Made by a program: the position numbers and the translations under genes. Below are positions 27,066-36,695 of a stretch of 54,484 bases of DNA, in pieces; the first letter of the stretch is position 1; each line of letters opens with the position of its first letter. The DNA comes from an uncultured Clostridia bacterium. Its GTDB lineage: Bacteria > Bacillota > Clostridia > Christensenellales > UBA1242. The DNA lies in the NCBI GenBank assembly GCA_934754445.1, contig CAKVHZ010000005.1, forward strand, positions 1 through 54,484, given 5' to 3'. The notes beneath the pieces were generated by a model that was not told the DNA's origin, did not search any database, and worked only from the letters and a program-made list of their open reading frames with translations.

Positions 27066-28781
27066 TTATTTTACAAAATCATAACTAGAAGTTTCGTTGT
27101 TATATTTATAATATTTCATACTATTTTTTGAATCATCATAAATAGCAATATCATATTCTGTTGCTTTAACAAATTCTAATAAACATGATTTTTTATCAAC
27201 AAGACTACCGTATTTGGTATCTGTTGATTCTACCATAGAAATAAAGAAATCAATATTATTTTTATAAGATTCTGTAAAATTATCTTTTCTTACATTAAAT
27301 ATACCGCAACTATGTTCATCATCTAAAGAAACAAAAGTTGTAGATTGATAACCTGTGCAATAAGCATCTGGGTTGAAAAAGAAAATTAGTTCAGCGGCAA
27401 TAGTAGAGTCAACATCAATTAAATTTAAAGAATTTAAATGTTCTAGTTTGCCTTTTACTGAGTTTGTAGGATTTCTTGGATGTCCTTTATAGTAATATAC
27501 ATAATCATTGCCATAATATTTTTGAACGGCTTTTACATATTCATCAAAATTAGTTTTATTCTCTGTATCTGTCCAAGTTCCTAAAATTACCATTATTTTT
27601 TTATTTTCATTACTTGCTTTTTCAAACATTGTATCGCTAAAATTATATAATTGTTTTAATGATGCTTGTTCTTCTGTTGTTAAAGCGAAAAGTAAAGATT
27701 TTAAATCTTTAACCTTTATTTTACCTGCAGAAACCAAATCGTTTATTTGATTTTGCATTTCTGGGCAATTTGTTGCCATAGTTCCAGAAACTCTTGTTAA
27801 CCACCATTCTACATTTGGTTCTTCTTTTGCCATAATATATGCATATTCTCTAATTGTGTTAGCATCAATTTCAAAGTTGTTAATAAGTTGTTCTTTGTAA
27901 GATTTTCTTGACTTAATTTGGGTTTTTAATTTATTGTATTTTTCTACCATTTTAGCATAGTTCGTTGCATAATTTTCATTATCAAAATGTTTATTAAAAT
28001 AACTAAATGATGCAGTTCCATCAGATAATAAAACTACTTTATAGTTTGATTGTGGTATTCCATTTGCTATTGTTGCCTGTAGCCAACCATATGCAAAATA
28101 GTCGTTATAAAAGAAATTAAATTTGGAATTAGGATTTATTTCATATAATTCCTTAACCCATTTAGAAGTATTTGAATAAATTTCACTTTGGTCGGCATTA
28201 GCGGTAATTCTGTTTGAATTTACCATAGGCATGGTATAAACATTTTCTGGCATATTTGTATAATCCCATGCCTCACTTCTTTTGAACCAAACAAATGTTG
28301 GAATAGGATTTCCTTCAGCATTATTAATAATACCATTATCTTTATCCATTAAAGACAATGAAAAAATTGTTACAGGCATTGTAGCAGTAATAGGGGCAAT
28401 ATTATATTCATCTGCAAAAACTTTTACTGTTTGTTTTTCTGTTGTAGTAAATAACTTATTACTTACACTTACAGAAACTATATGTTTACCATAATATGCA
28501 GGTATTTCATATTCTCCTTTAAAAACATCGTTTGGATTTGATAAAACAACACTAGATATAATATTACCATCATGTTTTACCTTTATTTCAATATTATCTA
28601 TTTCTTTTGAAATTTTCCATTTTACTTTAATATTTTGTGAGTTTTCAACTTGTTCTGCCGACACGGTTAATTTTACTTTCCAAATAGTATTTGTTAATAC
28701 AATTAATACTATAACCGTTAAAACGATTGCCGAAAATATAGTAACAAGTGGAATCCAAACTTTTTTACTAAGTTTAAACAT
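27066..28781 (-). CDS. Membrane-anchored GT80-like glycosyltransferase (sialyltransferase family fold)
   Basis: N-terminal TM. LLSDGTAS compares with YDDGS, YYKGHPRNP with FKGHPRGG, ILGTWTD with FTGTTTWEG, GYQSTTFVSL with GVASSLYFSL, and LTTEEQASLKQLYNFSD with LTPEQQAFYLTLVGFND, all against my recollection of Pasteurella PmST1. Confidence 0.55.
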   Translation of the reverse strand: MFKLSKKVWIPLVTIFSAIVLTVIVLIVLTNTIWKVKLTVSAEQVENSQNIKVKWKISKEIDNIEIKVKHDGNIISSVVLSNPNDVFKGEYEIPAYYGKHIVSVSVSNKLFTTTEKQTVKVFADEYNIAPITATMPVTIFSLSLMDKDNGIINNAEGNPIPTFVWFKRSEAWDYTNMPENVYTMPMVNSNRITANADQSEIYSNTSKWVKELYEINPNSKFNFFYNDYFAYGWLQATIANGIPQSNYKVVLLSDGTASFSYFNKHFDNENYATNYAKMVEKYNKLKTQIKSRKSYKEQLINNFEIDANTIREYAYIMAKEEPNVEWWLTRVSGTMATNCPEMQNQINDLVSAGKIKVKDLKSLLFALTTEEQASLKQLYNFSDTMFEKASNENKKIMVILGTWTDTENKTNFDEYVKAVQKYYGNDYVYYYKGHPRNPTNSVKGKLEHLNSLNLIDVDSTIAAELIFFFNPDAYCTGYQSTTFVSLDDEHSCGIFNVRKDNFTESYKNNIDFFISMVESTDTKYGSLVDKKSCLLEFVKATEYDIAIYDDSKNSMKYYKYNNETSSYDFVK

Positions 28782-28933
28782 ATTTTTCTCCTTTTATAAT
28801 ATAATTAATTTAAATTTTACTTTTAAATTAATAATATACTCATATATTTTACTTTTATTTTATCACATCTTAACAAATTGCCAAAATCATTTTTATTAAA
28901 TTAAGTTTTTTATTAAATTAAATTAAATATTTT

Positions 28934-29581
28934 TTACGTAAATAATGCACTTATCTCTTTGTGTATTTCTTCAATACTTTTAATTCTATCTCCGTCATAA
29001 CATTTTATAATTTGCCAAGATTTACTTTTTGCAATTTTAATTCCTAATTCATAGCATTTTTTCATATATTCAGTATTACTTTCGTGAATATCTTTCTTCG
29101 TTCCTGCTTTAAGTAGCCCCCTATCCATTCTTAGTTTTAAAGATAAGTCGGGTCGCATATCTAAAAATATCGTTTTATCTGGTCTAGGAAGTTTTAAATC
29201 TTCATACTCGAATTTTTCTAGCCAATTTATGAATTCATTTCGCTCGTTTTCATTCTCAATTTTACTTGCTTGATGTAAAATATTGCTAGAGACATATCTA
29301 TCTAATAGTAATATTCCGCCACTAAGTAAATAATCTTTATACTTAAGCATGGTGCATAACCTATCCACCGAAAAAAACACTGATGACTGTTTAGGATTTA
29401 AACTATTAAGCCCGCCAAAATCTCCGTTTAAATATTTTTTTACAAGCACTGAACTTTCACTTTCATAATTAGGAAAACTTTGTTTTTTTACTTCTTTTCC
29501 AATGCCAGTAAAATATTTCATTAAAAGTTCAGTTTGGGTTTGTTTTCCGCTTCCATCAGTTCCTTCAATTACTATTATCAT
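28934..29581 (-). CDS. tmk: Thymidylate kinase family protein
   Basis: P-loop IVIEGTDGSGKQTQ, DRY motif LLDRYVSSN, 215 aa. Confidence 0.75.
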   Translation of the reverse strand: MIIVIEGTDGSGKQTQTELLMKYFTGIGKEVKKQSFPNYESESSVLVKKYLNGDFGGLNSLNPKQSSVFFSVDRLCTMLKYKDYLLSGGILLLDRYVSSNILHQASKIENENERNEFINWLEKFEYEDLKLPRPDKTIFLDMRPDLSLKLRMDRGLLKAGTKKDIHESNTEYMKKCYELGIKIAKSKSWQIIKCYDGDRIKSIEEIHKEISALFT

Positions 29582-29644
29582 TTTTACTCCTGAATGTTTA
29601 TACTGTATACCAATAATTAAAAAATGGTTATTATTTAATAACTA

Positions 29645-29941
29645 TTACACATCTAAAATATGTTTGACACCTTTAAATTTACTAAGTCTATAAATTATTA
29701 ATACTTTGCCAACACATAATACTGGTTCAGCATTTAGTTTTTCACAAATTTCTTTCATTGTATCTTTCGCTGACACACTTGAATTTTGTAGTAGTTTTAT
29801 TTTCATTAATTCATTTTTATTCAAGTAATTATCTATTTCTATAAAAGTGTTATCATTTAAGTTATCTTTACCAATATTCAACACTGGTTTTAAATTTTGA
29901 GCCATCTTTTTTAATTCTGCTCTTTGTTTAGTTGTTATCAT
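29645..29941 (-). CDS. yhbY: YhbY/CRM-domain RNA-binding protein
   Basis: ITTKQRAELKKMAQNLKPVLNIGKDNL, 98 aa, typical of YhbY. Confidence 0.8.
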   Translation of the reverse strand: MITTKQRAELKKMAQNLKPVLNIGKDNLNDNTFIEIDNYLNKNELMKIKLLQNSSVSAKDTMKEICEKLNAEPVLCVGKVLIIYRLSKFKGVKHILDV

Positions 29942-30630
29942 ACTCTTTTACCTCCAAAGATTTGTTTTAAAATGCTTGAGAAATTACTTTCTCCGTCTTT
30001 AATAATATAATCTACTTTTGCTATTATATTGCTCTCTTTAACTGGCCCATAATTACTACAATCATAAGAGTTTGCCCTATTATCGCCTAAATAAAACATA
30101 TAGCCCTTAGGAATAACCATTTCATCATCTATAAATAGTTCGTTATCATCAATTTTTATATTAGAATCTTTAAGCCTTATAAACTTTTCATAAGTAGTCT
30201 GCTTAGAATTTATATTATAATTCTCATTAAGTAAATTGCCGTTAACATAAATAGAGCCATCTTCTTCAACCTTAACCTTATCTCCGCCAATAGCAATTAA
30301 CCTTTTTATAACATATTTAACATTTTCTGTTGAACTATCCATTCTTTTAGCAACAATAATATCGCCTACATAATAAGATTTTATATAGTTTAAAACAACT
30401 TTATCATAGTGTGCCACTGAATTATACTTGCTACTATCATTTAATGTTGGATACATACTAAGCCCATTTACTGGAACAATACTATAAGTAACATTAATAT
30501 ATATAGATAGTGCAAACAATAAAATGCACATAAACAAAAACACTTGCGAGCATTTATACTTAAACTTATCCACACTAGTTTGTTTTAAACAAAAAGTATA
30601 ATTTTTTGTCATGCAATAATTATATAACAA
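29938..30630 (-). CDS. lepB: Signal peptidase I
   Basis: Catalytic Ser box GLSMYPTL, Lys box KRLIAIGGD, GDNRANSYD. Confidence 0.85.
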   Translation of the reverse strand: MLYNYCMTKNYTFCLKQTSVDKFKYKCSQVFLFMCILLFALSIYINVTYSIVPVNGLSMYPTLNDSSKYNSVAHYDKVVLNYIKSYYVGDIIVAKRMDSSTENVKYVIKRLIAIGGDKVKVEEDGSIYVNGNLLNENYNINSKQTTYEKFIRLKDSNIKIDDNELFIDDEMVIPKGYMFYLGDNRANSYDCSNYGPVKESNIIAKVDYIIKDGESNFSSILKQIFGGKRV

Positions 30631-30698
30631 AATTAGAAAAAAATAAAGAAATTTAAAATAATTATATTTTTTTACTTAAAAAGTGTTATACTAAAAAT

Positions 30699-31424
30699 AT
30701 GGAATCTCAAGAAATGCAAAAAAATACATTTTTTAAATTATATGGTAAATATATTATATTAAATATATTGTTAGTAACATTAATAACACTACTTATAATA
30801 TTTGTAAGTATTAATGCTGGTTTTATAAACGATATAGATAGTTTTGTTTTTAAGATAGTTGAAACCTTTAGAACACCAGTATTTTCTAACATATTTTTAT
30901 TTATAACTTATTTAGGCGAAACAATTACTATAATAATATTATTGATTTTATGTTTAATATTTCTTAAGAAAAAGAGTTTCCCCTTAATATTCTTATGTTC
31001 AATTAGTGCTTTTATAAATTTTGTTATTAAAAACCTAGTAAAAAGAGCAAGACCTGTGGGTCAATTTGTTAATAATTTAATTATAAATTATCCTTTCCCT
31101 GATAGTTACTCATTTCCAAGTGGACACTCTCAAACATCTCTTGTATTTTATTTCATTTTAGCCTTTATTTTATTAAACAATTTTTATAAAGGGAAACATA
31201 AAAAATTATTTCTATCATTATCATTAATTATACCTATATTAGTTATGCTATCAAGATTAGTTCTAGGTGTCCATTTCTTTAGCGATGTATTATGCGGATT
31301 ATCTATAGGCACTCTTATAATTATCAATTATTTTTTCTATCTAAAAATAAAATTTATAAAACAACCTATGAAAATTAATAGTAATAGTAATAGTAATAGT
31401 AATAGTAATAGTAATAGTAAATAA
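30699..31424 (+). CDS. PAP2-family lipid phosphatase with (Asn-Ser)7 tail
   Basis: KNLVKRARP, PSGHS, SRLVLGVHFFSD (the three PAP2 motifs). Multi-TM. Confidence 0.85.
   Translation: MESQEMQKNTFFKLYGKYIILNILLVTLITLLIIFVSINAGFINDIDSFVFKIVETFRTPVFSNIFLFITYLGETITIIILLILCLIFLKKKSFPLIFLCSISAFINFVIKNLVKRARPVGQFVNNLIINYPFPDSYSFPSGHSQTSLVFYFILAFILLNNFYKGKHKKLFLSLSLIIPILVMLSRLVLGVHFFSDVLCGLSIGTLIIINYFFYLKIKFIKQPMKINSNSNSNSNSNSNSK
31377..31418 (+). repeat. Hexanucleotide microsatellite (AATAGT)x7 inside the PAP2 gene 3' end
   Basis: Counted directly. In frame, it encodes NSNSNSNSNSNSNS before K-stop. Confidence 0.95.
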
Positions 31425-31519
31425 TACAATTATCAATATAATACGCATATTTAAAAAAAAATAGTTATTCGTGAATAACTATTTTTTGTTTTATTTACTT
31501 ATTTTAAATCAAATTAGAT

Positions 31520-32413
31520 TTATCTATTCTTTAAAGTTTGAACTAAATCATAAATTCTATCTAAATCATCTTTATTAAAGTAATCAATATAGATTCTACC
31601 CCTATTTTCACTACCCATTACGAATACTTTTGTTCCAAAAACTCTTTGCATATCCATAATTAGTTCGTGGAATTCATTACTTATTTTGCCATTAGCACTT
31701 GTTTCGTTTTTAGGTTTTTTATTAGATTTTACAGCATTTTCTAAATCTCTAACAGTTAGTTTTTTCTCGCAAACTTGTTTTGCTAGTTTTATTTGAGCAT
31801 CTCTATCTTGAATTACTACTAAACTACGAGCATGTCCTGCACTTAACTTGCCGTCTTCTATCATTTGAATAACTTCTGGTTGCAAGGTTAATATTCTTAA
31901 TGTATTAGATATAACTGGTCTACTTTTACCTAATCTTTCAGCAACGACATCTTGTGTCCAGCCGAATTCATCTATTAATTCTTTTATTGCTTTTGCTTCT
32001 TCAATAGGAGTAAGGTCTTTTCTTTGTAAGTTTTCAATAATACTAATTTCTTTTATCTCATTATTTGTAAAATCAGCAACTAAGCAAGGAACTTCCTTTA
32101 ATCCTGCAATTTTACTTGCTCTCCAACGACGCTCACCAGCAACAATTAAATATCTGCCATCTCTTTCTACAACTAATATAGGTTGTAATACTCCATGCAC
32201 TTTAATTGAACTTGCAAGTTCGTTTAATGCTTCTTCATCGAATTTCTTTCTTGGTTGGTTCTTGTTAGGGTCAATCAATGAAATAGCAATACTCCTAACT
32301 GACTTACCATCTTTTTCCAATGTTTCACGTGAAACATTTTCAATATCTTCATTATTTTTAAAATTATTAAATAGGCTTTCTAATCCCCTGCCTAATCCAC
32401 CTTTCACTGGCAT
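31520..32413 (-). CDS. parB: Chromosome partitioning protein ParB/Spo0J
   Basis: GLGRGLESLF N-terminus, ParB box VAGERRWRA, HTH region. Confidence 0.92.
   Translation of the reverse strand: MPVKGGLGRGLESLFNNFKNNEDIENVSRETLEKDGKSVRSIAISLIDPNKNQPRKKFDEEALNELASSIKVHGVLQPILVVERDGRYLIVAGERRWRASKIAGLKEVPCLVADFTNNEIKEISIIENLQRKDLTPIEEAKAIKELIDEFGWTQDVVAERLGKSRPVISNTLRILTLQPEVIQMIEDGKLSAGHARSLVVIQDRDAQIKLAKQVCEKKLTVRDLENAVKSNKKPKNETSANGKISNEFHELIMDMQRVFGTKVFVMGSENRGRIYIDYFNKDDLDRIYDLVQTLKNR
32321..32336. promoter_or_regulatory. parS site (perfect palindrome) inside parB
   Basis: TGTTTCACGTGAAACA matches the Firmicute parS consensus TGTTNCACGTGAAACA. Confidence 0.85.
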
Positions 32414-32618
32414 ATTATTTTCTCCTTTATCCTTATTCTTATAAATAATGTTATTTATGCTTTATTACTTTATATTAAACATACATAATAATTTATCTAA
32501 ATAAATTTATTTAGTTATATCCAACAAATTCGTATAATTATAATAAAATACACTATCGTCTATTAATTAACTTATATAATAATTAAATATATTAAGTTAA
32601 CCATTATTATAATACAAA

Positions 32619-32634
32619 TGTTTCACGTGAAACA
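32619..32634. promoter_or_regulatory. parS site abutting the parA stop codon
   Basis: TGTTTCACGTGAAACA, exact. Confidence 0.85.
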
Positions 32635-33405
32635 TTATTTGTCCTTGTTTCGTTTTAAAAATTCTTGAGTTAATTCCATATAGGCAACTGAACCTTTGCA
32701 TTTTGGGTCGTAGTCAATTACACTTTCCCCATAACTTGGAGCTTCGGCAACCCTTATATTTCTTGGTATTGCGGTGTTAAACACTTTTTTATCAAAGAAT
32801 TTTCTTACTTCGGCCGAAACTTCATTAACTAGATTACTTCTAGCACTTTTCATCGTTAAAACAACGCCTTCTATCTCTAAATTGCTGTTTAAATGTTGTT
32901 TTACCAACCATACAGTGTTCATTAATTGTGTTAAGGCCTCTAGAGATAAAAATTCACACAACATCGGTATTATAATACTATCTGCAGCAGTTAATGCATT
33001 TACAGTTAATAACCCTAAACTTGGCGGACAATCTATTGTTATGTAGTCGTAACTACCTTTAATAGTGTCTAGTGCGTTTTTTAAGGTCTTTTCCCTATTG
33101 TCCATTTGAACAAGGTCAATTTCTGCTCCTGCTAAGTTAATGTCCGCAGGTATAATATCTAAGTTTTGATATTTTGTTCTTTTTACAACATCGGCAATAT
33201 TTGTTTCGCCTATAATTACATTATAAATACTCTTTAAATTTTCATTTTTTTCTATTCCTAAAGAACTTGTTGCATTCCCTTGTGGGTCTAAGTCTAAAAT
33301 TAATACTTTTTTACCTAGTCCAGCAAGACAACTACTCATATTTACACAAGTAGTAGTTTTTCCAACTCCACCTTTTTGATTAGAAAAAGCAATTATTTTT
33401 CCCAT
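32635..33405 (-). CDS. parA: Chromosome partitioning ATPase ParA/Soj
   Basis: Deviant Walker A NQKGGVGKTTT, 256 aa. Confidence 0.92.
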   Translation of the reverse strand: MGKIIAFSNQKGGVGKTTTCVNMSSCLAGLGKKVLILDLDPQGNATSSLGIEKNENLKSIYNVIIGETNIADVVKRTKYQNLDIIPADINLAGAEIDLVQMDNREKTLKNALDTIKGSYDYITIDCPPSLGLLTVNALTAADSIIIPMLCEFLSLEALTQLMNTVWLVKQHLNSNLEIEGVVLTMKSARSNLVNEVSAEVRKFFDKKVFNTAIPRNIRVAEAPSYGESVIDYDPKCKGSVAYMELTQEFLKRNKDK

Positions 33406-33484
33406 ACATACTCCTTTTATTTTAATTATATCATACTAATAAAAAAATAGCAATCTGTTTTTTTGCTATTTTTCTTATTTTTTA

Positions 33485-34165
33485 TTATAATGGTAGACTT
33501 TTAGGCTTATTTTGTCCCCTAGGATACTTATTTGGCGTATTTTTAACCTTTTTTATGTAAATTAAAGTTCTTTCGTTACCTTCAAGGTTTATTTTATCTA
33601 TTTTTTCAATTTTTCCACCTAAAATATTTAAAGCATTTTTACTTTCATTTATTTCTTCATCAGTATCCATACTTTTATAAGCAATAAAATAACCACCCAG
33701 TTTAACATAGGGTAAACAATACTCAAGCAAGGTATTTAATCTTGCAACTGCACGAGATACAACATAATCAAATGTTTCACGTGAAACATTTATGTAATCT
33801 TCTGCTCTACCATGAACCGCTTTTATATTAGACAACCCTAATTTTTCTATTTCTTCATTTAAAAAATTTACTCTTTTATTTAAACTATCTAATAAAGTAA
33901 TATCTAATGTATTATTTAATATCTTCAACGGTATTCCTGGAAAACCTGCCCCCGAACCAATATCTAGTAATTTTGAATTATCTTTAATGTTTTTTAATGG
34001 TAATACACTATCTAAAAAATGTTTAGTATATACTTCGTTTTTTTCAGTTATTGCGGTTAAATTCATAACCTTGTTTTTTTCTATTAAATCATTATAATAG
34101 TTATTAAATAATAACTTTTCTTTTTCATTAATATCTATATCATGTTTCTTAAACAACTCTTTCAT
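33485..34165 (-). CDS. rsmG: 16S rRNA m7G527 methyltransferase RsmG (GidB)
   Basis: LLDIGSGAGFPGIPLKI. Conserved rsmG-parA-parB order. Confidence 0.9.
   Translation of the reverse strand: MKELFKKHDIDINEKEKLLFNNYYNDLIEKNKVMNLTAITEKNEVYTKHFLDSVLPLKNIKDNSKLLDIGSGAGFPGIPLKILNNTLDITLLDSLNKRVNFLNEEIEKLGLSNIKAVHGRAEDYINVSRETFDYVVSRAVARLNTLLEYCLPYVKLGGYFIAYKSMDTDEEINESKNALNILGGKIEKIDKINLEGNERTLIYIKKVKNTPNKYPRGQNKPKSLPL
33773..33788. promoter_or_regulatory. parS site inside rsmG
   Basis: TGTTTCACGTGAAACA, exact. Confidence 0.85.
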
Positions 34166-34651
34166 TTAATTTATCCTTTTAAATTTTTTATATAATAATA
34201 ATGTTATGCCAATCATAAAAACATTTAAAATTACCGTTCCTACATTAAAGCAATTTTCATAATTTATTCCAGCAGAAAACCCTTTTGTAACACACAAATA
34301 TATTGTTTCCACTAGCATCATTAAAGATATTACACATAAAATTATATTAATAATTAAAACCATTTTTTTTAATACTATTGAATATAGGTTAATTTTATAA
34401 TTATCTATCATAAAAAACACAAATAATATTAAATTTATAGCACTAAAAGTTATAAATAATATCATTAATATCGTAAAAAATACATTGGAAGTAAGATTTA
34501 TCATATTATAAAAACTATAATTATACACTATTTTTTCCATTTCATCGGTATAAACCATAGATAAAACTGGCAAAAAGAACAAAATGTAAGGCAGAATTAC
34601 ACTTATTAATATAAGCCAGTATTTTTTAAAATTGACCCAAAATTTTTGCAT
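34166..34651 (-). CDS. Hypothetical 4-5 TM membrane protein
   Basis: 161-aa track ORF. Its stop codon directly abuts the rsmG start. Confidence 0.5.
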   Translation of the reverse strand: MQKFWVNFKKYWLILISVILPYILFFLPVLSMVYTDEMEKIVYNYSFYNMINLTSNVFFTILMILFITFSAINLILFVFFMIDNYKINLYSIVLKKMVLIINIILCVISLMMLVETIYLCVTKGFSAGINYENCFNVGTVILNVFMIGITLLLYKKFKRIN

Positions 34652-34670
34652 ATTTAATAATATAATATTA

Positions 34671-34838
34671 TTACTTATTTGTCAAATCTCTATCAATTAT
34701 TTTCGTATTACAAAATCTACAATAATTATGCATATTGTTTTTGCAATTTTTACAATACTTAGTTTTACATACAACGCAAATAGCAAGTTCTTCATTATCA
34801 TTTAAATTTTTACATATATCACAACTACAAAATTTCAT
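34671..34838 (-). CDS. Candidate 55-aa Cys-rich zinc-ribbon mini-protein (below the track cut-off)
   Basis: My translation: MKFCSCDICKNLNDNEELAICVVCKTKYCKNCKNNMHNYCRFCNTKIIDRDLTNK*. It has nine Cys including three CxxC pairs. No convincing SD. Confidence 0.3.
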   Translation of the reverse strand: MKFCSCDICKNLNDNEELAICVVCKTKYCKNCKNNMHNYCRFCNTKIIDRDLTNK

Positions 34839-34988
34839 ATTTTAGTAATGTGTTTTTTGTTTAATAATATACAATTTATTATATAAAAATTATTAATATT
34901 TTTACCATATAAAATAATATTCTTGCCGTTTTCTCATAAAAAATAGGCTAAAATACTTGTTTTTTAGTGTATTTTAACCTTAATTTTC

Positions 34989-36089
34989 TTATTTTAATAA
35001 AATTTTACCATCTTCCACTTTGATAATATTTGCTTTAATATTGCTATTTAATAAATCAAATTTCGTGGTAGTTATTATCGTTTGAACATCTTTAACTCTT
35101 TCAAAAAGTCGATTTTTTCGGTTCTCATCTAGTTCGGAAAAAACATCGTCTAAAAGTAGTAGTGGATATTCATTAAATACTTCTTTAAAAATTTCAAGTT
35201 CGGCAAGTTTTATTGAAAGTAAACTCGTTCGTTGTTGACCTTGACTACCAAAACTTTTTACCTCAAGTTCATTTAAATAAATTTTTAAATCATCACGATG
35301 TGGCCCAACATTTGTATATTTTAATCTTAAGTCTTTATCTCTAGTATCTATTAGTTTATTTAACAATATTTGTTCAATTTCGGCTTTTGTTTTATTATTA
35401 AAATCATCGCACGAAGAATACTCTACAATTAATTTTTCTTTATTGTCGGTTAAATTAGAATGCTCTACACTACTATATTCATTTAACTTTTTAATAAATT
35501 CTAGTCTGTCAATAATTATTTCGCTGGCAGAAGATGCTAATTGATAGTCCCAAATAGGTAAGGTTTCATCAATTAATTTTAAGTCGTCGGTAGATTTTAA
35601 AAGTTTGTTTCGTTCTTTTAAAATTTTATTATATTTAACTAAGTTAAAATAATAATTTTTGTTTATTTGACTAATATCAATATCTAAAAATCGCCGTCTA
35701 TCTTCGGGGGCTTCTTTAACGAGTTTTAATTCGTTAGGAGAAAAAAATACACAGGCTAAATTCCCGAGCATACTACTCATTTTAGTAATATTTATTTGAT
35801 TTAACATTATATATTTTTGATTATCTTTAAATTCTATAACTATAGAATTATTGCCATTATTCTTTTCAAAATCTATAACAATTCTAGCATTATTTAACTC
35901 ATTTTTTATTAATTCTTTTTCATTTTTGGTTTTAAAACTTTTACCTATGCACGAAAAATAAATGCTCTCTAACATATTAGTTTTACCTTGAGCATTATCT
36001 CCTAAAAGAATATTAATTTTAGGACTTAGCAAAAATTTTTCATAACTGTAATTCCTAAAATTTCTAAGTTCCACAAAATTTATGTGCAT
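34989..36089 (-). CDS. recF: DNA replication and repair protein RecF
   Basis: Walker A GDNAQGKTNMLESIYF, signature FGSQGQQRT, Walker B LLLLDDVFSELD. Confidence 0.9.
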   Translation of the reverse strand: MHINFVELRNFRNYSYEKFLLSPKINILLGDNAQGKTNMLESIYFSCIGKSFKTKNEKELIKNELNNARIVIDFEKNNGNNSIVIEFKDNQKYIMLNQINITKMSSMLGNLACVFFSPNELKLVKEAPEDRRRFLDIDISQINKNYYFNLVKYNKILKERNKLLKSTDDLKLIDETLPIWDYQLASSASEIIIDRLEFIKKLNEYSSVEHSNLTDNKEKLIVEYSSCDDFNNKTKAEIEQILLNKLIDTRDKDLRLKYTNVGPHRDDLKIYLNELEVKSFGSQGQQRTSLLSIKLAELEIFKEVFNEYPLLLLDDVFSELDENRKNRLFERVKDVQTIITTTKFDLLNSNIKANIIKVEDGKILLK

Positions 36090-36346
36090 ATAAATTTATT
36101 ATATCAAATTTTGTTATATTTTTCAATTAAACTAAAAAATTTATAAAAATAGTTAATTTTTTCATTTTAATTAAATTAAACTATTTTTTTACTAATATTT
36201 TATATGTGTTTGTAAACCTACTATAATATTTGCTTAACTTTTAAAAATCTTTCAGCAGACAAATAAACTTAATTTTTTAATAATGAATGAATTATAATTG
36301 GTTAAAAAAAACAAACAACAAAAATATGCTGTTTGTTTAAATCTTA

Positions 36347-36544
36347 TTATTTTTTATTTTTTTGATTTTTTTTCCATTCCTTTACTAGTTCTTCAAATTG
36401 ACTGTAGTCAAAATGCAAATCATTTTCAACTTTACCATCTATCATATCTGCCCATTCTGCATCTGTAATATAGACTTGTGCTCTTGAAACTTTTTCTTCA
36501 AGTTCTCTTTGTTCTTCTCGTGTCATGTCTTCGTAATGTTTCAT
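36347..36544 (-). CDS. Hypothetical small acidic protein
   Basis: 65-aa track ORF preceded by GGAGG (aaaaaaggaggtttaatATG on the minus strand). Confidence 0.45.
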   Translation of the reverse strand: MKHYEDMTREEQRELEEKVSRAQVYITDAEWADMIDGKVENDLHFDYSQFEELVKEWKKNQKNKK

Positions 36545-36695
36545 ATTAAACCTCCTTTTTTATTTTAATAATACATTAAATACCTAATTATGTCAATACC
36601 TTTATATTTAATAAATAGTTAAAAAAATTTGACAATTTTGTTTAATTGTTTTATTATTGTTTTGTATTAGTGTATACTATAAATAAAGGACAGAT

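Noticed and set aside
36347-36544. The 65-aa acidic ORF between recF and dnaA as a replication-initiation regulator (SirA/YabA-like).
   Set aside because: Only its location suggests this. There is no sequence resemblance to known DnaA regulators that I can see, so it is left as hypothetical.
36090-36695. DnaA-box cluster or DUE expected upstream of dnaA.
   Set aside because: Scanning by eye found nothing closer than about three mismatches to TTATCCACA, so I do not annotate an oriC element here. A matrix scan is needed.
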